Source: a virus
IMG/VR virus record: IMGVR_UViG_3300034062_006900
Location: 12,753 to 76,752 of that record
Length of the DNA: 64,000 nucleotides
Strand: one strand, 5' to 3'
In this document: positions 30,302 to 38,718 of the stretch, one piece after another
Numbering within the stretch: position 1 is the stretch's first letter
Layout: the number at the start of each line of letters is the position of its first letter
Made by a program: the position numbers and the translations under genes
Notes under the pieces: generated by a model
Told to the model about the DNA's origin: nothing
Seen by the model: the letters and a program-made list of their open reading frames with translations, nothing else
The model's database searches: none

Positions 30302-30583
30302 TTATTTTTGTTTTAATTTATTTATCTCCTCTTCGATTTCAGTTTGTCTTCTAACATCCAATAACTTTCTGTCAGTAGCTTGAATCATTCTTTTTTCCGC
30401 TTCAAGACCAGAAATCTTAAGTTCTCTTTTCAACTCGTCTTTTGTATAAGTTGAATCTTTAATCGCCTGAATTTCTTTTTTTATTTTACCCAAATCTCTT
30501 GAGTCACCGCAGGACTTAAAAAAACTCAAAAGTGCAATCACTAATACGATTACGGTAAAATTTGTTTGTATAAATTTTTTCAT
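30302..30583 (-). CDS. membrane-anchored/lipoprotein-like coiled-coil protein
   Basis: Hydrophobic N-terminus ending FFKSC. Confidence 0.55.
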   Translation of the reverse strand: MKKFIQTNFTVIVLVIALLSFFKSCGDSRDLGKIKKEIQAIKDSTYTKDELKRELKISGLEAEKRMIQATDRKLLDVRRQTEIEEEINKLKQK

Positions 30584-30588
30584 ATAAT

Positions 30589-30768
30589 TTATTTTTTAGG
30601 TATGATTATCATTGCCAGTAAATAGAAAAGGATTGTAGGGAACGGAGCAAAAATTAATGCAACAAATATTAACCTCCAAATCGCTGGGTCACTATCTGTA
30701 TATTCTGCAATTCCTCCACACACTCCACCTATTTGTTTATCAGTTGAACTTCTATACAATTTTCTCAT
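30589..30768 (-). CDS. pspC: PspC domain protein
   Basis: Hand translation: MRKLYRSSTDKQIGGVCGGIAEYTDSDPAIWRLIFV...YLLAMIIIPKK. Confidence 0.9.
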   Translation of the reverse strand: MRKLYRSSTDKQIGGVCGGIAEYTDSDPAIWRLIFVALIFAPFPTILFYLLAMIIIPKK

Positions 30769-30793
30769 AACTTTTATTTTATCACCTAAAAAT

Positions 30794-30823
30794 AAAAAAG
30801 GTGTATTATAAATACACCCTTTT
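30794..30823 (-). terminator. sigma-gene terminator containing the TATTTAT motif
   Basis: Minus strand GGTGTATT-TAT-AATACACC-TTTTTT. Confidence 0.7.
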
Positions 30824-30830
30824 AATTGTT

Positions 30831-31628
30831 TTATAGATAATCGAACAGACTACCCGTCTCATTTCTCAATTTTCGGAGAGCCTTTTCTTTAATCTGTCTC
30901 ACCCTTTCTTTTGTTAAATCGAAGTCATTACCAATATCTTCCAATGTTCTTGTTGAACCTGATAGACCAAAATAATCCTCAACAATAACCCTTTCTCTCT
31001 CATCCAACACGTCCAACATATTCATAAGTTTATCTTTCAATGTTTGGTCGGTAGATAATCCTGAGTCAGCACTATCGGCATTTGGGTTATTCAATATATC
31101 CATCAACGTATCTCCTTCTTCATTCAAAGGACTATCCAAATTAACGGTATACGGCAAGTTATCGAACTTCTCAGGTAAATCAGCACCTGTCTTATCCAAC
31201 TCCTTCTTAGCTCTTTGTAACTCTTGAACCACATTCACTGGTAGTCGGATAGTTCTTGCATTCTCATTCAAAGATTGCAAGATAGATTGACGAACCCACC
31301 ACACAGCATATGAGATGAATCTCAATCTCTTGGACCAGTCAAAGTTTTCAATTGCCTTGAGGAGACCATAGTTTCCTTCAGCAACCAAATCTGCAAAGTC
31401 CAATCCCTGATTCTGATACTGTTTACTCACAGTGATTACGAACCTGAGGTTTCCCTCCAATAATTCTTTTTTGATTTCTTCTTTCTCTCTAAGAGTAGTC
31501 TTAGAAGATAACATCTTTTCCGCCAAAACTCTCTCCCTCTCAGGAGTCATAACGGTCAACTTTCTAATGTCTTTTAAATAACAGGCAATTTCGTCTTGAT
31601 TAATTGGTATTACTGCTTTCTCTTTCAT
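30831..31628 (-). CDS. RNA polymerase sigma factor, RpoD/SigA family, lacking region 1.1
   Basis: NLRFVITVSKQY, RFISYAVWWVRQSI, RTIRLPVN, TLEDIG...LTKERVRQIKEKALRKLR. Confidence 0.95.
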   Translation of the reverse strand: MKEKAVIPINQDEIACYLKDIRKLTVMTPERERVLAEKMLSSKTTLREKEEIKKELLEGNLRFVITVSKQYQNQGLDFADLVAEGNYGLLKAIENFDWSKRLRFISYAVWWVRQSILQSLNENARTIRLPVNVVQELQRAKKELDKTGADLPEKFDNLPYTVNLDSPLNEEGDTLMDILNNPNADSADSGLSTDQTLKDKLMNMLDVLDERERVIVEDYFGLSGSTRTLEDIGNDFDLTKERVRQIKEKALRKLRNETGSLFDYL

Positions 31629-31640
31629 ATGTATTTTTTT

Positions 31641-32147
31641 CTATTTACTATAAGATTCTAAAGTGTCTTTTTCAAACTGTGATAAGGACTCGAACCCGTT
31701 CGACAACGCTTTGTCTAAAATAAAGTCCAATGAAGGTTTTTTTACTTCCTTCTTCAGGTTCTCCAATAATAGTGCCACAAAATCGTCATCGTCTTCTTCT
31801 CCATCGTTCATAGAACGATTTGAAGGCGTTATATTAATATGTATTTCATCATTCGAATTTTCTAAGTCCAAAAGATGTTCTTTTAATCCATCAGGTAAGA
31901 AAAGTGACACCTTGTCAGTATACTCCGTCAAGATAAACGAACTACAGATATCAAACAAACTACCAATGATATAATCATTAATCTCATCCTGAGAAATCTC
32001 ACTGGCAAAATGGAAAACCAAACTACCATCAGACTTTTGGAACTTAAGATGTGGTGAATCGACGAGGGGTGTTATAGTTAAAGCAATCTCCTGACTAACA
32101 TCATCAGACTCAAACTTTCCAAACAAAACTAACAGGTATTTCTTCAT
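31641..32147 (-). CDS. hypothetical protein
   Basis: C-terminal LDFILDK...GFESLSQFEK; -7 box at 32167-32174. Confidence 0.7.
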   Translation of the reverse strand: MKKYLLVLFGKFESDDVSQEIALTITPLVDSPHLKFQKSDGSLVFHFASEISQDEINDYIIGSLFDICSSFILTEYTDKVSLFLPDGLKEHLLDLENSNDEIHINITPSNRSMNDGEEDDDDFVALLLENLKKEVKKPSLDFILDKALSNGFESLSQFEKDTLESYSK

Positions 32148-32202
32148 ATTATATTTTATATTTTGACAAATGTAGTTAAATAATTAATAAAAAAATTTTT
32201 AA

Positions 32203-32676
32203 TTAAAAATAAACTCTTCCGTTTTTTCCTGAATGTTGTTCATACCATTTACCTTCTTTATCCATCCAAACATATGGGTCTGATGGGTCTTCAGTCCACT
32301 CGTATTGATTATAGAAATCAGGTTCTTTTTTTAATAGGTTGGCTCTGTGTGAAGAATGAAACTTCTCATTACCAAACCATTTAGGATATACGATATCTTC
32401 CTCAAACGCTTCAAAGCTCATTGTGTTTTTAAATCCACGAGCAACCCACTCGTCAATTGAAAGATTAAGATATAACTTAAGTGCAGGAACATAGTCTTTC
32501 CACATAATAGTGCAAGGATGATTTAACCAACCCTTATAAGGTGTTCCATCTAATTTTGGTCTACAAGTGATTGCAGATATAATCTGATATGTTTCAACTC
32601 GTTGTTTACCCAATCTCTTATTATCCAATACTCGAAGAGATTTTCTAAAGTCGTCGTATGGTAGGAATATTTGCAT
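32203..32676 (-). CDS. pyrimidine-dimer DNA glycosylase-like protein (MSMEG_6728 type)
   Basis: MQIFLPY...LDNKRLGKQRVETYQI...NHP...SHRANLLKK. Confidence 0.8.
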   Translation of the reverse strand: MQIFLPYDDFRKSLRVLDNKRLGKQRVETYQIISAITCRPKLDGTPYKGWLNHPCTIMWKDYVPALKLYLNLSIDEWVARGFKNTMSFEAFEEDIVYPKWFGNEKFHSSHRANLLKKEPDFYNQYEWTEDPSDPYVWMDKEGKWYEQHSGKNGRVYF

Positions 32677-32693
32677 GTTGTAAAGATATGAAA

Positions 32694-33935
32694 TTATATT
32701 TTATCTGACTTTTGAAGATTATCTTCTTTCAATAATAATTGACCATTTTCCAAAGTTGTTTCACCTCCAAAGGTATAAGGGTCAATATGGTCAGCATGAA
32801 CTAAATTACCATTTAAAGCTTGTAGAACTGTTAGTTGAACTTCACTACCATCCAATCTCTTAACAACACCACCGGATTGTTTATACATCTTGATTTTATC
32901 ATCAATGTTGAACAATCTCTTAGCATCCAACTTAATGAAAAAAGTATCAATATAAGGGATAAAATCTGATAGGATTTTATCTGATTTCTCTTTTAACTTC
33001 TTGGGCGCATATCTAAGATTATCTTTCCACAAATCAATCTCCAATAATCTTCTACCCTCCAATTCGAGATACACATTTAAGAACTCTGTAATCAACTTAT
33101 CATTAATCTTTCTTCCTGAGTTATGATAAATCTCATAAAGGAAAAGAAATAAATTCATAACCAACGATTTATCAATCTTAATTTTCCTCTCGCCCATCTT
33201 CTTAACAATCATAGACCAAGCCGAGATTATTATTTTGAATTCTTTTTCATTATCAATATTTCGTCTGTCATATAGGGATTTCAAAAGTGCCGCAGAAATA
33301 TTTGCACATGGGTGTTGATGATATGTAAGCATCATTGCAAACAACTCATCATCTTGCATCCTATCGGAGTTGAGCCCTGAAATTAATTGAGTTGTTTGAG
33401 TGTTCGACATATCGAAGGAAATGTCTCTTATGAAGTCAGAGACATACCCAAAGATAGCGTTTCTATCTTCCTGTTTGTTCCAAGCAATTCCCTTGTTTGT
33501 TCTAATTGCAATTAAGTGCATATCTTCCCTTGAACAACTTCTGAAGATTGTAATCGGAATTTGTCTTTCTCTGAAGAATGTTTCTTCATCGGTGGTCATA
33601 TTTTCTTTATCAATTTTGTTCCATTCGTTAAGACAATAGTTAGTTCTATTGTTACCATCAATTGAAACAAATTTGAATCCTTTTTCTTTAACACTTTTGA
33701 AGTAGTTCAGGTCACTTTGATTTCCGTTAATCTCAGCTCTTTCGATACAACTTTCAACTGACACTAAAATTATCGGATTGGCAATCGTATTCTCAATTAC
33801 AGAAGTTCTAAATCCTTTTTTACTGGATATCTTCCATACTTTTTTTCTTTGAAATCGTGGGTCTACATAGGTCTTGAGTGCATAACTCTTTACGAAGTTT
33901 TCGATGGTGGTTTCTGTGGTTTGTCTGTATAACAT
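32694..33935 (-). CDS. DUF262/ParB-like plus HNH protein (GmrSD-like)
   Basis: PRFQR..VW, IDGNNR, C-terminal DHIDPYTFGGETTLENGQLL..N..K; start moved to MLYRQ. Confidence 0.75.
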   Translation of the reverse strand: MLYRQTTETTIENFVKSYALKTYVDPRFQRKKVWKISSKKGFRTSVIENTIANPIILVSVESCIERAEINGNQSDLNYFKSVKEKGFKFVSIDGNNRTNYCLNEWNKIDKENMTTDEETFFRERQIPITIFRSCSREDMHLIAIRTNKGIAWNKQEDRNAIFGYVSDFIRDISFDMSNTQTTQLISGLNSDRMQDDELFAMMLTYHQHPCANISAALLKSLYDRRNIDNEKEFKIIISAWSMIVKKMGERKIKIDKSLVMNLFLFLYEIYHNSGRKINDKLITEFLNVYLELEGRRLLEIDLWKDNLRYAPKKLKEKSDKILSDFIPYIDTFFIKLDAKRLFNIDDKIKMYKQSGGVVKRLDGSEVQLTVLQALNGNLVHADHIDPYTFGGETTLENGQLLLKEDNLQKSDKI

Positions 33936-33949
33936 AGGTTGATTTTTTA

Positions 33950-34009
33950 CAAAGGTATGTAAAGAAATCTTAACGGCAAAATAAAACCCCACCTTCGAGG
34001 GGTGGGGTT
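33950..34009 (-). promoter_or_regulatory. terminator hairpin fused to a -33/-7 promoter
   Basis: AACCCCACC-CCTCGAA-GGTGGGGTT-TTAT, then TTTG-N19-TACCTTTG. Confidence 0.75.
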
Positions 34010-34016
34010 ACTATTT

Positions 34017-34547
34017 TTAAGAATTTTCTAATTTTGCAATCATTCTTTGTATTTTTTCTAATTCAGTTCTCAATTCTTCTAATTCTTCCTCTTTTGATTT
34101 TTGAACAGGTCTCGAATCTATAGACATGTCCCATTGTCCCCCACCAAAATCAAACCCCATAATTGGTGTCTCTACATTACTATCTTTTAAATTTAGAAAA
34201 TACAAACTTTCCATATTATTGACACATTCAGGTATGTTTCTCAATTCTTTGTTACCCGTCAGTGCAAGAAATCGTAATTTAGGTATTTGACATACTGAGT
34301 TTGGAATACTATTCACACAGTTGTGAAATGTTATGTGACCTAAATTCGATAAAGAGCCGATTGACTCAGGAACTTTCAATTTAAAATCACTTTTCGAATA
34401 ATTACGTATTTGAATTTGAACTAAATCTGAAGGTAAATCTGAAAAAACGTTTTTAATACTTCCGACATTCTCATCAGTAATATCTAAATCTAAGTGTCTC
34501 CCTTGTATATAAGGATTACGTTGCTCTATCTTTTGTGGTTTAGCCAT
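34017..34547 (-). CDS. leucine-rich repeat protein
   Basis: VPESIGSLSNL...IPNSVCQIPKLRFLAL...IPECVN; paralog of the 19112-20464 C-terminus. Confidence 0.8.
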   Translation of the reverse strand: MAKPQKIEQRNPYIQGRHLDLDITDENVGSIKNVFSDLPSDLVQIQIRNYSKSDFKLKVPESIGSLSNLGHITFHNCVNSIPNSVCQIPKLRFLALTGNKELRNIPECVNNMESLYFLNLKDSNVETPIMGFDFGGGQWDMSIDSRPVQKSKEEELEELRTELEKIQRMIAKLENS

Positions 34548-34606
34548 ACACCTTTTTAGAATAAATACAAATTAAAATAAAAAACCCAACTCATTAGTGG
34601 AGTCAT

Positions 34607-35380
34607 TTATAAAATCTCATCTAATTTGATAATCAATTCATTCTTTGGAATACTTCGAGGTCCTGTGGTATCTCCTGAACTGAAGGTCAACTGTGAAATC
34701 AACTCGTAAGCCCGATTCGGATTTTCCACCCTCAAAAAATAGTGTGATGGTTCTGAAACATTCACATCAGTAAAGACGTTTCCAGCATTGATTCCAACTC
34801 TACGAATCGCCAAATTAGAATTTTCTTTGTTTGTGAATGTAAACTTGGTCGGTCTTAACTTAATCTCCTTTTCTCTCAACACATCTGATTTTCTGATAAC
34901 TACCCAAACACAAGGGACCATAAAGTCCTTACCTTCGAATGTGAATAAATCATCTTCCAAATCTTCAATCATAACGATTTCAAAGTTCAGAGGAATTTTA
35001 TCAATCATAGACCTTTTCTTAAATCCTTTAGGTAGGATAAATGCAACAGTATCACCATACTCACAACACTTTCTCACGAACTTTAATGCCAGACTTGAGT
35101 TCCTACCAAAAGGAGGATTTCCAAAAAATAACACCTTCTTACCATTTAGGAAACTTAAGTCTTTCTCTAAGAAATCTGCTCTCTCAATATCATCTGATTT
35201 AGGTTCCACATCATAACCAAACTTATTTTCATGTTGAGCCATGTGGAGGAAAACTCCTTCACCTGCAGATGGTTCAATAATGGTATAGTAGTCACCCAAA
35301 TTTAATGTCTCCAAACATTTTCTTGCAACCGCTGGTTTGGTGTAAAATTGGTCCAAACCATACTTATTTTTTTTGGGCAT
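34607..35380 (-). CDS. N6-adenine DNA methyltransferase
   Basis: DQFYT, IEPSAGEGVF, GNPPFG, AFILP. Confidence 0.85.
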   Translation of the reverse strand: MPKKNKYGLDQFYTKPAVARKCLETLNLGDYYTIIEPSAGEGVFLHMAQHENKFGYDVEPKSDDIERADFLEKDLSFLNGKKVLFFGNPPFGRNSSLALKFVRKCCEYGDTVAFILPKGFKKRSMIDKIPLNFEIVMIEDLEDDLFTFEGKDFMVPCVWVVIRKSDVLREKEIKLRPTKFTFTNKENSNLAIRRVGINAGNVFTDVNVSEPSHYFLRVENPNRAYELISQLTFSSGDTTGPRSIPKNELIIKLDEIL

Positions 35381-35885
35381 ATTCTAAAAACAAATCTATA
35401 TTTTTATAAGCCACCGCAGATTGAATTCTACGTTGCGTCTTGTGGTCTCTTTTGAATCTGGGTTGAACTATTCTATCTTTACCCCACCTTTCCTTCCATT
35501 CTTTTACCTCAGATTTCCAAGTCATATCATAAGAATAACTGTTCGAAACTAAATTCTTAATCCAATTATTGAGTCCATCATAGTGAGTCCAATCGAATAA
35601 CTCTCTCCACTTTGTGATATCAATAAATACAACTCTTTCCTCTATAATATTGGACTTCTTTCCCTTCCAAACACCATATATCAAATAGAAATCCCTATCC
35701 CTTGAAAAGTTATTGAAGATATCCGCTAGTGGTAGTTCGGACCCATGTTTGAATGTCTTTATCACACAAGGAATCCCATCAGGTCTGTAAGCATCCCACA
35801 TACCAGTATAGTTTTCATCGGACAGTAAATTGTGTCTCTCACACATCAACTGTTGATATTCAAAACCATGACCTTGTCTTTCCAT
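35364..35885 (-). CDS. putative type II restriction endonuclease
   Basis: Overlaps the MTase start; QGHGFEYQ...WDA...IK resembles a PD-(D/E)xK variant. Confidence 0.5.
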   Translation of the reverse strand: MERQGHGFEYQQLMCERHNLLSDENYTGMWDAYRPDGIPCVIKTFKHGSELPLADIFNNFSRDRDFYLIYGVWKGKKSNIIEERVVFIDITKWRELFDWTHYDGLNNWIKNLVSNSYSYDMTWKSEVKEWKERWGKDRIVQPRFKRDHKTQRRIQSAVAYKNIDLFLEYAQKK

Positions 35886-35918
35886 ACCACAATATTAGTA
35901 AAAGTATTTCATATAATC

Positions 35919-35945
35919 AAAAACCCCACTTTGAGGGTGGGGTCT
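35919..35945 (-). terminator. repeated CCCCAC/GTGGGG terminator
   Basis: GACCCCACCCTCAAAGTGGGGTTTTT. Confidence 0.75.
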
Positions 35946-37590
35946 ATTTAATTCCTAATTTTTTTAGTATGTATGATTCTATATCTTCCTTCTTCATCGT
36001 GTAAGGTATACGGATAAGTTTGATTCCGTTTTTCTTACAGTATTGGTTTTTTATTTCATCTCTGATTTTTTGTCTCTCAAAAGCTTCTTCACCACCAAAA
36101 GTATCAATCGCCATAAAATGTTGCCTTCCATCATATTCCACGCACACATTCTTTATTGGTATGTAAAAATCGAATGGTAGTTTTCTACAAAATCTTCCTT
36201 CTTTTTTATTCGTACAATCCACAAATTTATATTGTTTTATAAAATCTATTTTTTGTTTTTCTAATATGGCTGCAATTAATTTTTCTCCAGTTGATTCGTT
36301 ACAAATTGGACATCCTTGTCCGCTTAAGTGGGCACCAGGTCTTTGTTTAAAAGTTCCATGAACCGGACAAACAATATCAACATATTTGTTTCTATTTTTA
36401 TAGTCGACTAAAGAATAATTGTATTTTTTGCCGTGAACAATTTTAGCCGACTTAATAAAATCTTCTGTGTTACTAACATTACTCTTAGATATTGATTCAA
36501 AACCACATTTTTGACATCCACTTCCACTCATATGAGCGTGAGGTGTTTGTAAAAACTCCCCATGAATTGGGCAAATAATTTTTACACGATTATTAATACC
36601 ATCGTATTCAACTTTCGAATAATCATATTTATCATCATGAACAAGATTAGATTTGTTAATAAATTCATCTTGAGTTAAACTATTTGCTTTACCAGTATTT
36701 TCTCGGGCACATTTTGGACATCCAGCACCGTCAAGTAAGTGATGTGCCGTAACTTTAAAGTCTCCGTGTTTTGGGCAGGTAACTATAACTTTTTCTGATG
36801 CCCCTTTGTATTGGGTTTTGGAAAAATCATATTTATCTCCATGAACAATTTTTATTTGTTTGAGAAATTCTTCAGGTGATTTTCTTTGTTTTTCTGCCGA
36901 GCTTTCTATTCCACATTTTGAACAACCACTACCCCTTAAATGACTTGTAGATGTTTGGAAAAATTTTCCATGTTCTGAACAAATAATTTCAATTGGTGTA
37001 TAATTGTTTTTATAAACAGATTTTGAATAATCATATTTATCTCCGTGAATTTCTTTAGCATTTTCTATGAATTTTTGGGTATTTGTTGATGTTAAAGATT
37101 CTCTCTTTGACTTCCTATTTTGAAGGTCTTTTTCTTTGGCACAGGATGGACATCCGTAACCCATTAAATGATTTCCTGGTGTTTGTCCAAAATCTCCATG
37201 AATGGGACAGGTAATGACTACTTTTTTTCCTCCTCCTTGATAATCCACTTTTTTATATCCGTATTTGTCTCCGTGCTTTTCAATCGCTTTGTTCACAAAA
37301 CTATCCTTATTACTTGTTAACTTTTCTTTAGCACTTTCACGACCACATTTTGGACAACCTTGTGGATTAACATTTGATATAAATTTATTTGGTGTTTTGG
37401 TAAATTCCCCATGTATTGGACAAACAATGGTGACAGGTTCTCCGCTATTTTTATACTTTACCTTTGAATAATCATATTTGTCTCCGTGAATTGTTTTAGC
37501 CTTTTCAATAAATTCAGGAGTAGTTGTTTTTTTTATCTCACCAATCTCCTTCGTATGTTCACGCAATATATGTCTAATCAGTTGTTTCAT
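35944..37590 (-). CDS. six Zn-ribbon (DUF723-like) repeats plus a Vsr-like nuclease domain (homing-endonuclease-like)
   Basis: Six HG.KY.Y...CPxHG...GCxxC units; GEKLI...PFDFY...EYDGRQH...KLIRIPY; start moved to MKQLIRH. Confidence 0.8.
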   Translation of the reverse strand: MKQLIRHILREHTKEIGEIKKTTTPEFIEKAKTIHGDKYDYSKVKYKNSGEPVTIVCPIHGEFTKTPNKFISNVNPQGCPKCGRESAKEKLTSNKDSFVNKAIEKHGDKYGYKKVDYQGGGKKVVITCPIHGDFGQTPGNHLMGYGCPSCAKEKDLQNRKSKRESLTSTNTQKFIENAKEIHGDKYDYSKSVYKNNYTPIEIICSEHGKFFQTSTSHLRGSGCSKCGIESSAEKQRKSPEEFLKQIKIVHGDKYDFSKTQYKGASEKVIVTCPKHGDFKVTAHHLLDGAGCPKCARENTGKANSLTQDEFINKSNLVHDDKYDYSKVEYDGINNRVKIICPIHGEFLQTPHAHMSGSGCQKCGFESISKSNVSNTEDFIKSAKIVHGKKYNYSLVDYKNRNKYVDIVCPVHGTFKQRPGAHLSGQGCPICNESTGEKLIAAILEKQKIDFIKQYKFVDCTNKKEGRFCRKLPFDFYIPIKNVCVEYDGRQHFMAIDTFGGEEAFERQKIRDEIKNQYCKKNGIKLIRIPYTMKKEDIESYILKKLGIK

Positions 37591-37614
37591 CTCACAATAA
37601 ATATCTTTGGAATT

Positions 37615-37643
37615 AAAAACCCCCACCGTTGAGGGTGAGGGTT
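37615..37643 (-). terminator. repeated CCCCAC/GTGGGG terminator
   Basis: AACCCTCACCCTCAACGGTGGGGGTTTTT. Confidence 0.75.
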
Positions 37644-37650
37644 GATATTT

Positions 37651-38205
37651 TTACTTCTTAAGTTCTTCGATTTTATTCTTCGCCCCTATGAACACTTGTT
37701 CTATATCACTTGATGTGCCGCTCGGGAAAATTGTATTGTCTCTCCCAAATTTCTCTAATTGTAAATACCAACTAATTTTTCCACCACTACTGAAGTATCC
37801 AAGTTCAAATCCATCTGAAGTTCTAAATTTATTTTCAGTATAATTTGGATTAGTTGCGTCAGAAATCTCACTTTGTTTCAATACTGTAATTGCTTTAAGA
37901 ATTTCAAGGACATCTGTATACTCAATCATCGCTGTTGATGTTGAGTATTGACTTTCATTTGTAACTTTGAAATAATAACGTGATTCATTGTTACCATTAG
38001 TTACTTTTCTGATAACCGCAGAACCTGACTGATATTTACGTTTCAAATTATCAACAGTGTAATCAGTAAATCTAACGATTGTTCCGTATTTAGAACTGAA
38101 TTGTTCGAATTTCGTTTCCACTTTAACAGAAGTTTCTGTTTTTTGTTGACCGTAAGATACTACCGATGCAATTAGGATGATTGCGACCATCATGATTTTT
38201 TTCAT
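37651..38205 (-). CDS. secreted protein with a Bacteroidota-style signal peptide
   Basis: MKKIMMVAIILIASVVSYG|Q. Confidence 0.7.
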   Translation of the reverse strand: MKKIMMVAIILIASVVSYGQQKTETSVKVETKFEQFSSKYGTIVRFTDYTVDNLKRKYQSGSAVIRKVTNGNNESRYYFKVTNESQYSTSTAMIEYTDVLEILKAITVLKQSEISDATNPNYTENKFRTSDGFELGYFSSGGKISWYLQLEKFGRDNTIFPSGTSSDIEQVFIGAKNKIEELKK

Positions 38206-38225
38206 ATTGTATTTGTTTATTTGTT

Positions 38226-38270
38226 TGTGAATACAAAGATATGGAACCCATTTTAATCCACCAAATAAAA
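38226..38270 (-). promoter_or_regulatory. -33/-7 promoter, near-duplicate of 38649-38694
   Basis: TTTTATTTGGTGGATT...TATCTTTGTATTCACAAA. Confidence 0.8.
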
Positions 38271-38303
38271 GTTATCCACATTCTAAGATTAGTTTATAGT
38301 TTT

Positions 38304-38636
38304 CTATGTATTGAATAGATGATTATTTTGTTCTTTGATTCCTCTTTCCATTTCTACCGCTAACTCTCTTGTCTCTGTTTCTATTGTTCTGTATTCAAGA
38401 TTTTCCCAATTATCTAAAATGTAATTTTGTTTTTTATAGTTACTTCTTCCTGCAGTTCCATATGGTTGAGGGTATAACGATTTCATTCTTGTCTTACATT
38501 TTTTTCCAATACCAAACAAAATTAGTTCATTTGAGTTTTTATTTCTAATTTGATAAACTCCAGCCTCTTTGGGTCCTTCAATAGTTCTACAGGTTTCAGG
38601 TGTTGGCATCGATTTCCAATTGGTCCAATTTGTCAT
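38304..38636 (-). CDS. GIY-YIG-like nuclease domain protein
   Basis: AGVYQIRN...LFGIG..CKTR...AVEME..I...FN; start moved to MTNW. Confidence 0.6.
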   Translation of the reverse strand: MTNWTNWKSMPTPETCRTIEGPKEAGVYQIRNKNSNELILFGIGKKCKTRMKSLYPQPYGTAGRSNYKKQNYILDNWENLEYRTIETETRELAVEMERGIKEQNNHLFNT

Positions 38637-38648
38637 ATATCTTGTGTT

Positions 38649-38718
38649 TTGTGAATACAAAGATAATTACAACCAACCAATCCACCAAATAAAAAAAGTC
38701 CCACTATTGTGAGACTTT
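38649..38718 (-). promoter_or_regulatory. sbcC terminator fused to a -33/-7 promoter
   Basis: AGTCTCAC-AATA-GTGGGACT plus T run, then TTTG-N20-TATCTTTG. Confidence 0.75.

Noticed and set aside
33983-37643. Repeated hairpins as integron attC sites or IS ends
   Set aside because: They have the GC stem plus T-tract form of terminators, lack attC R/L box structure, and no integrase or transposase is present
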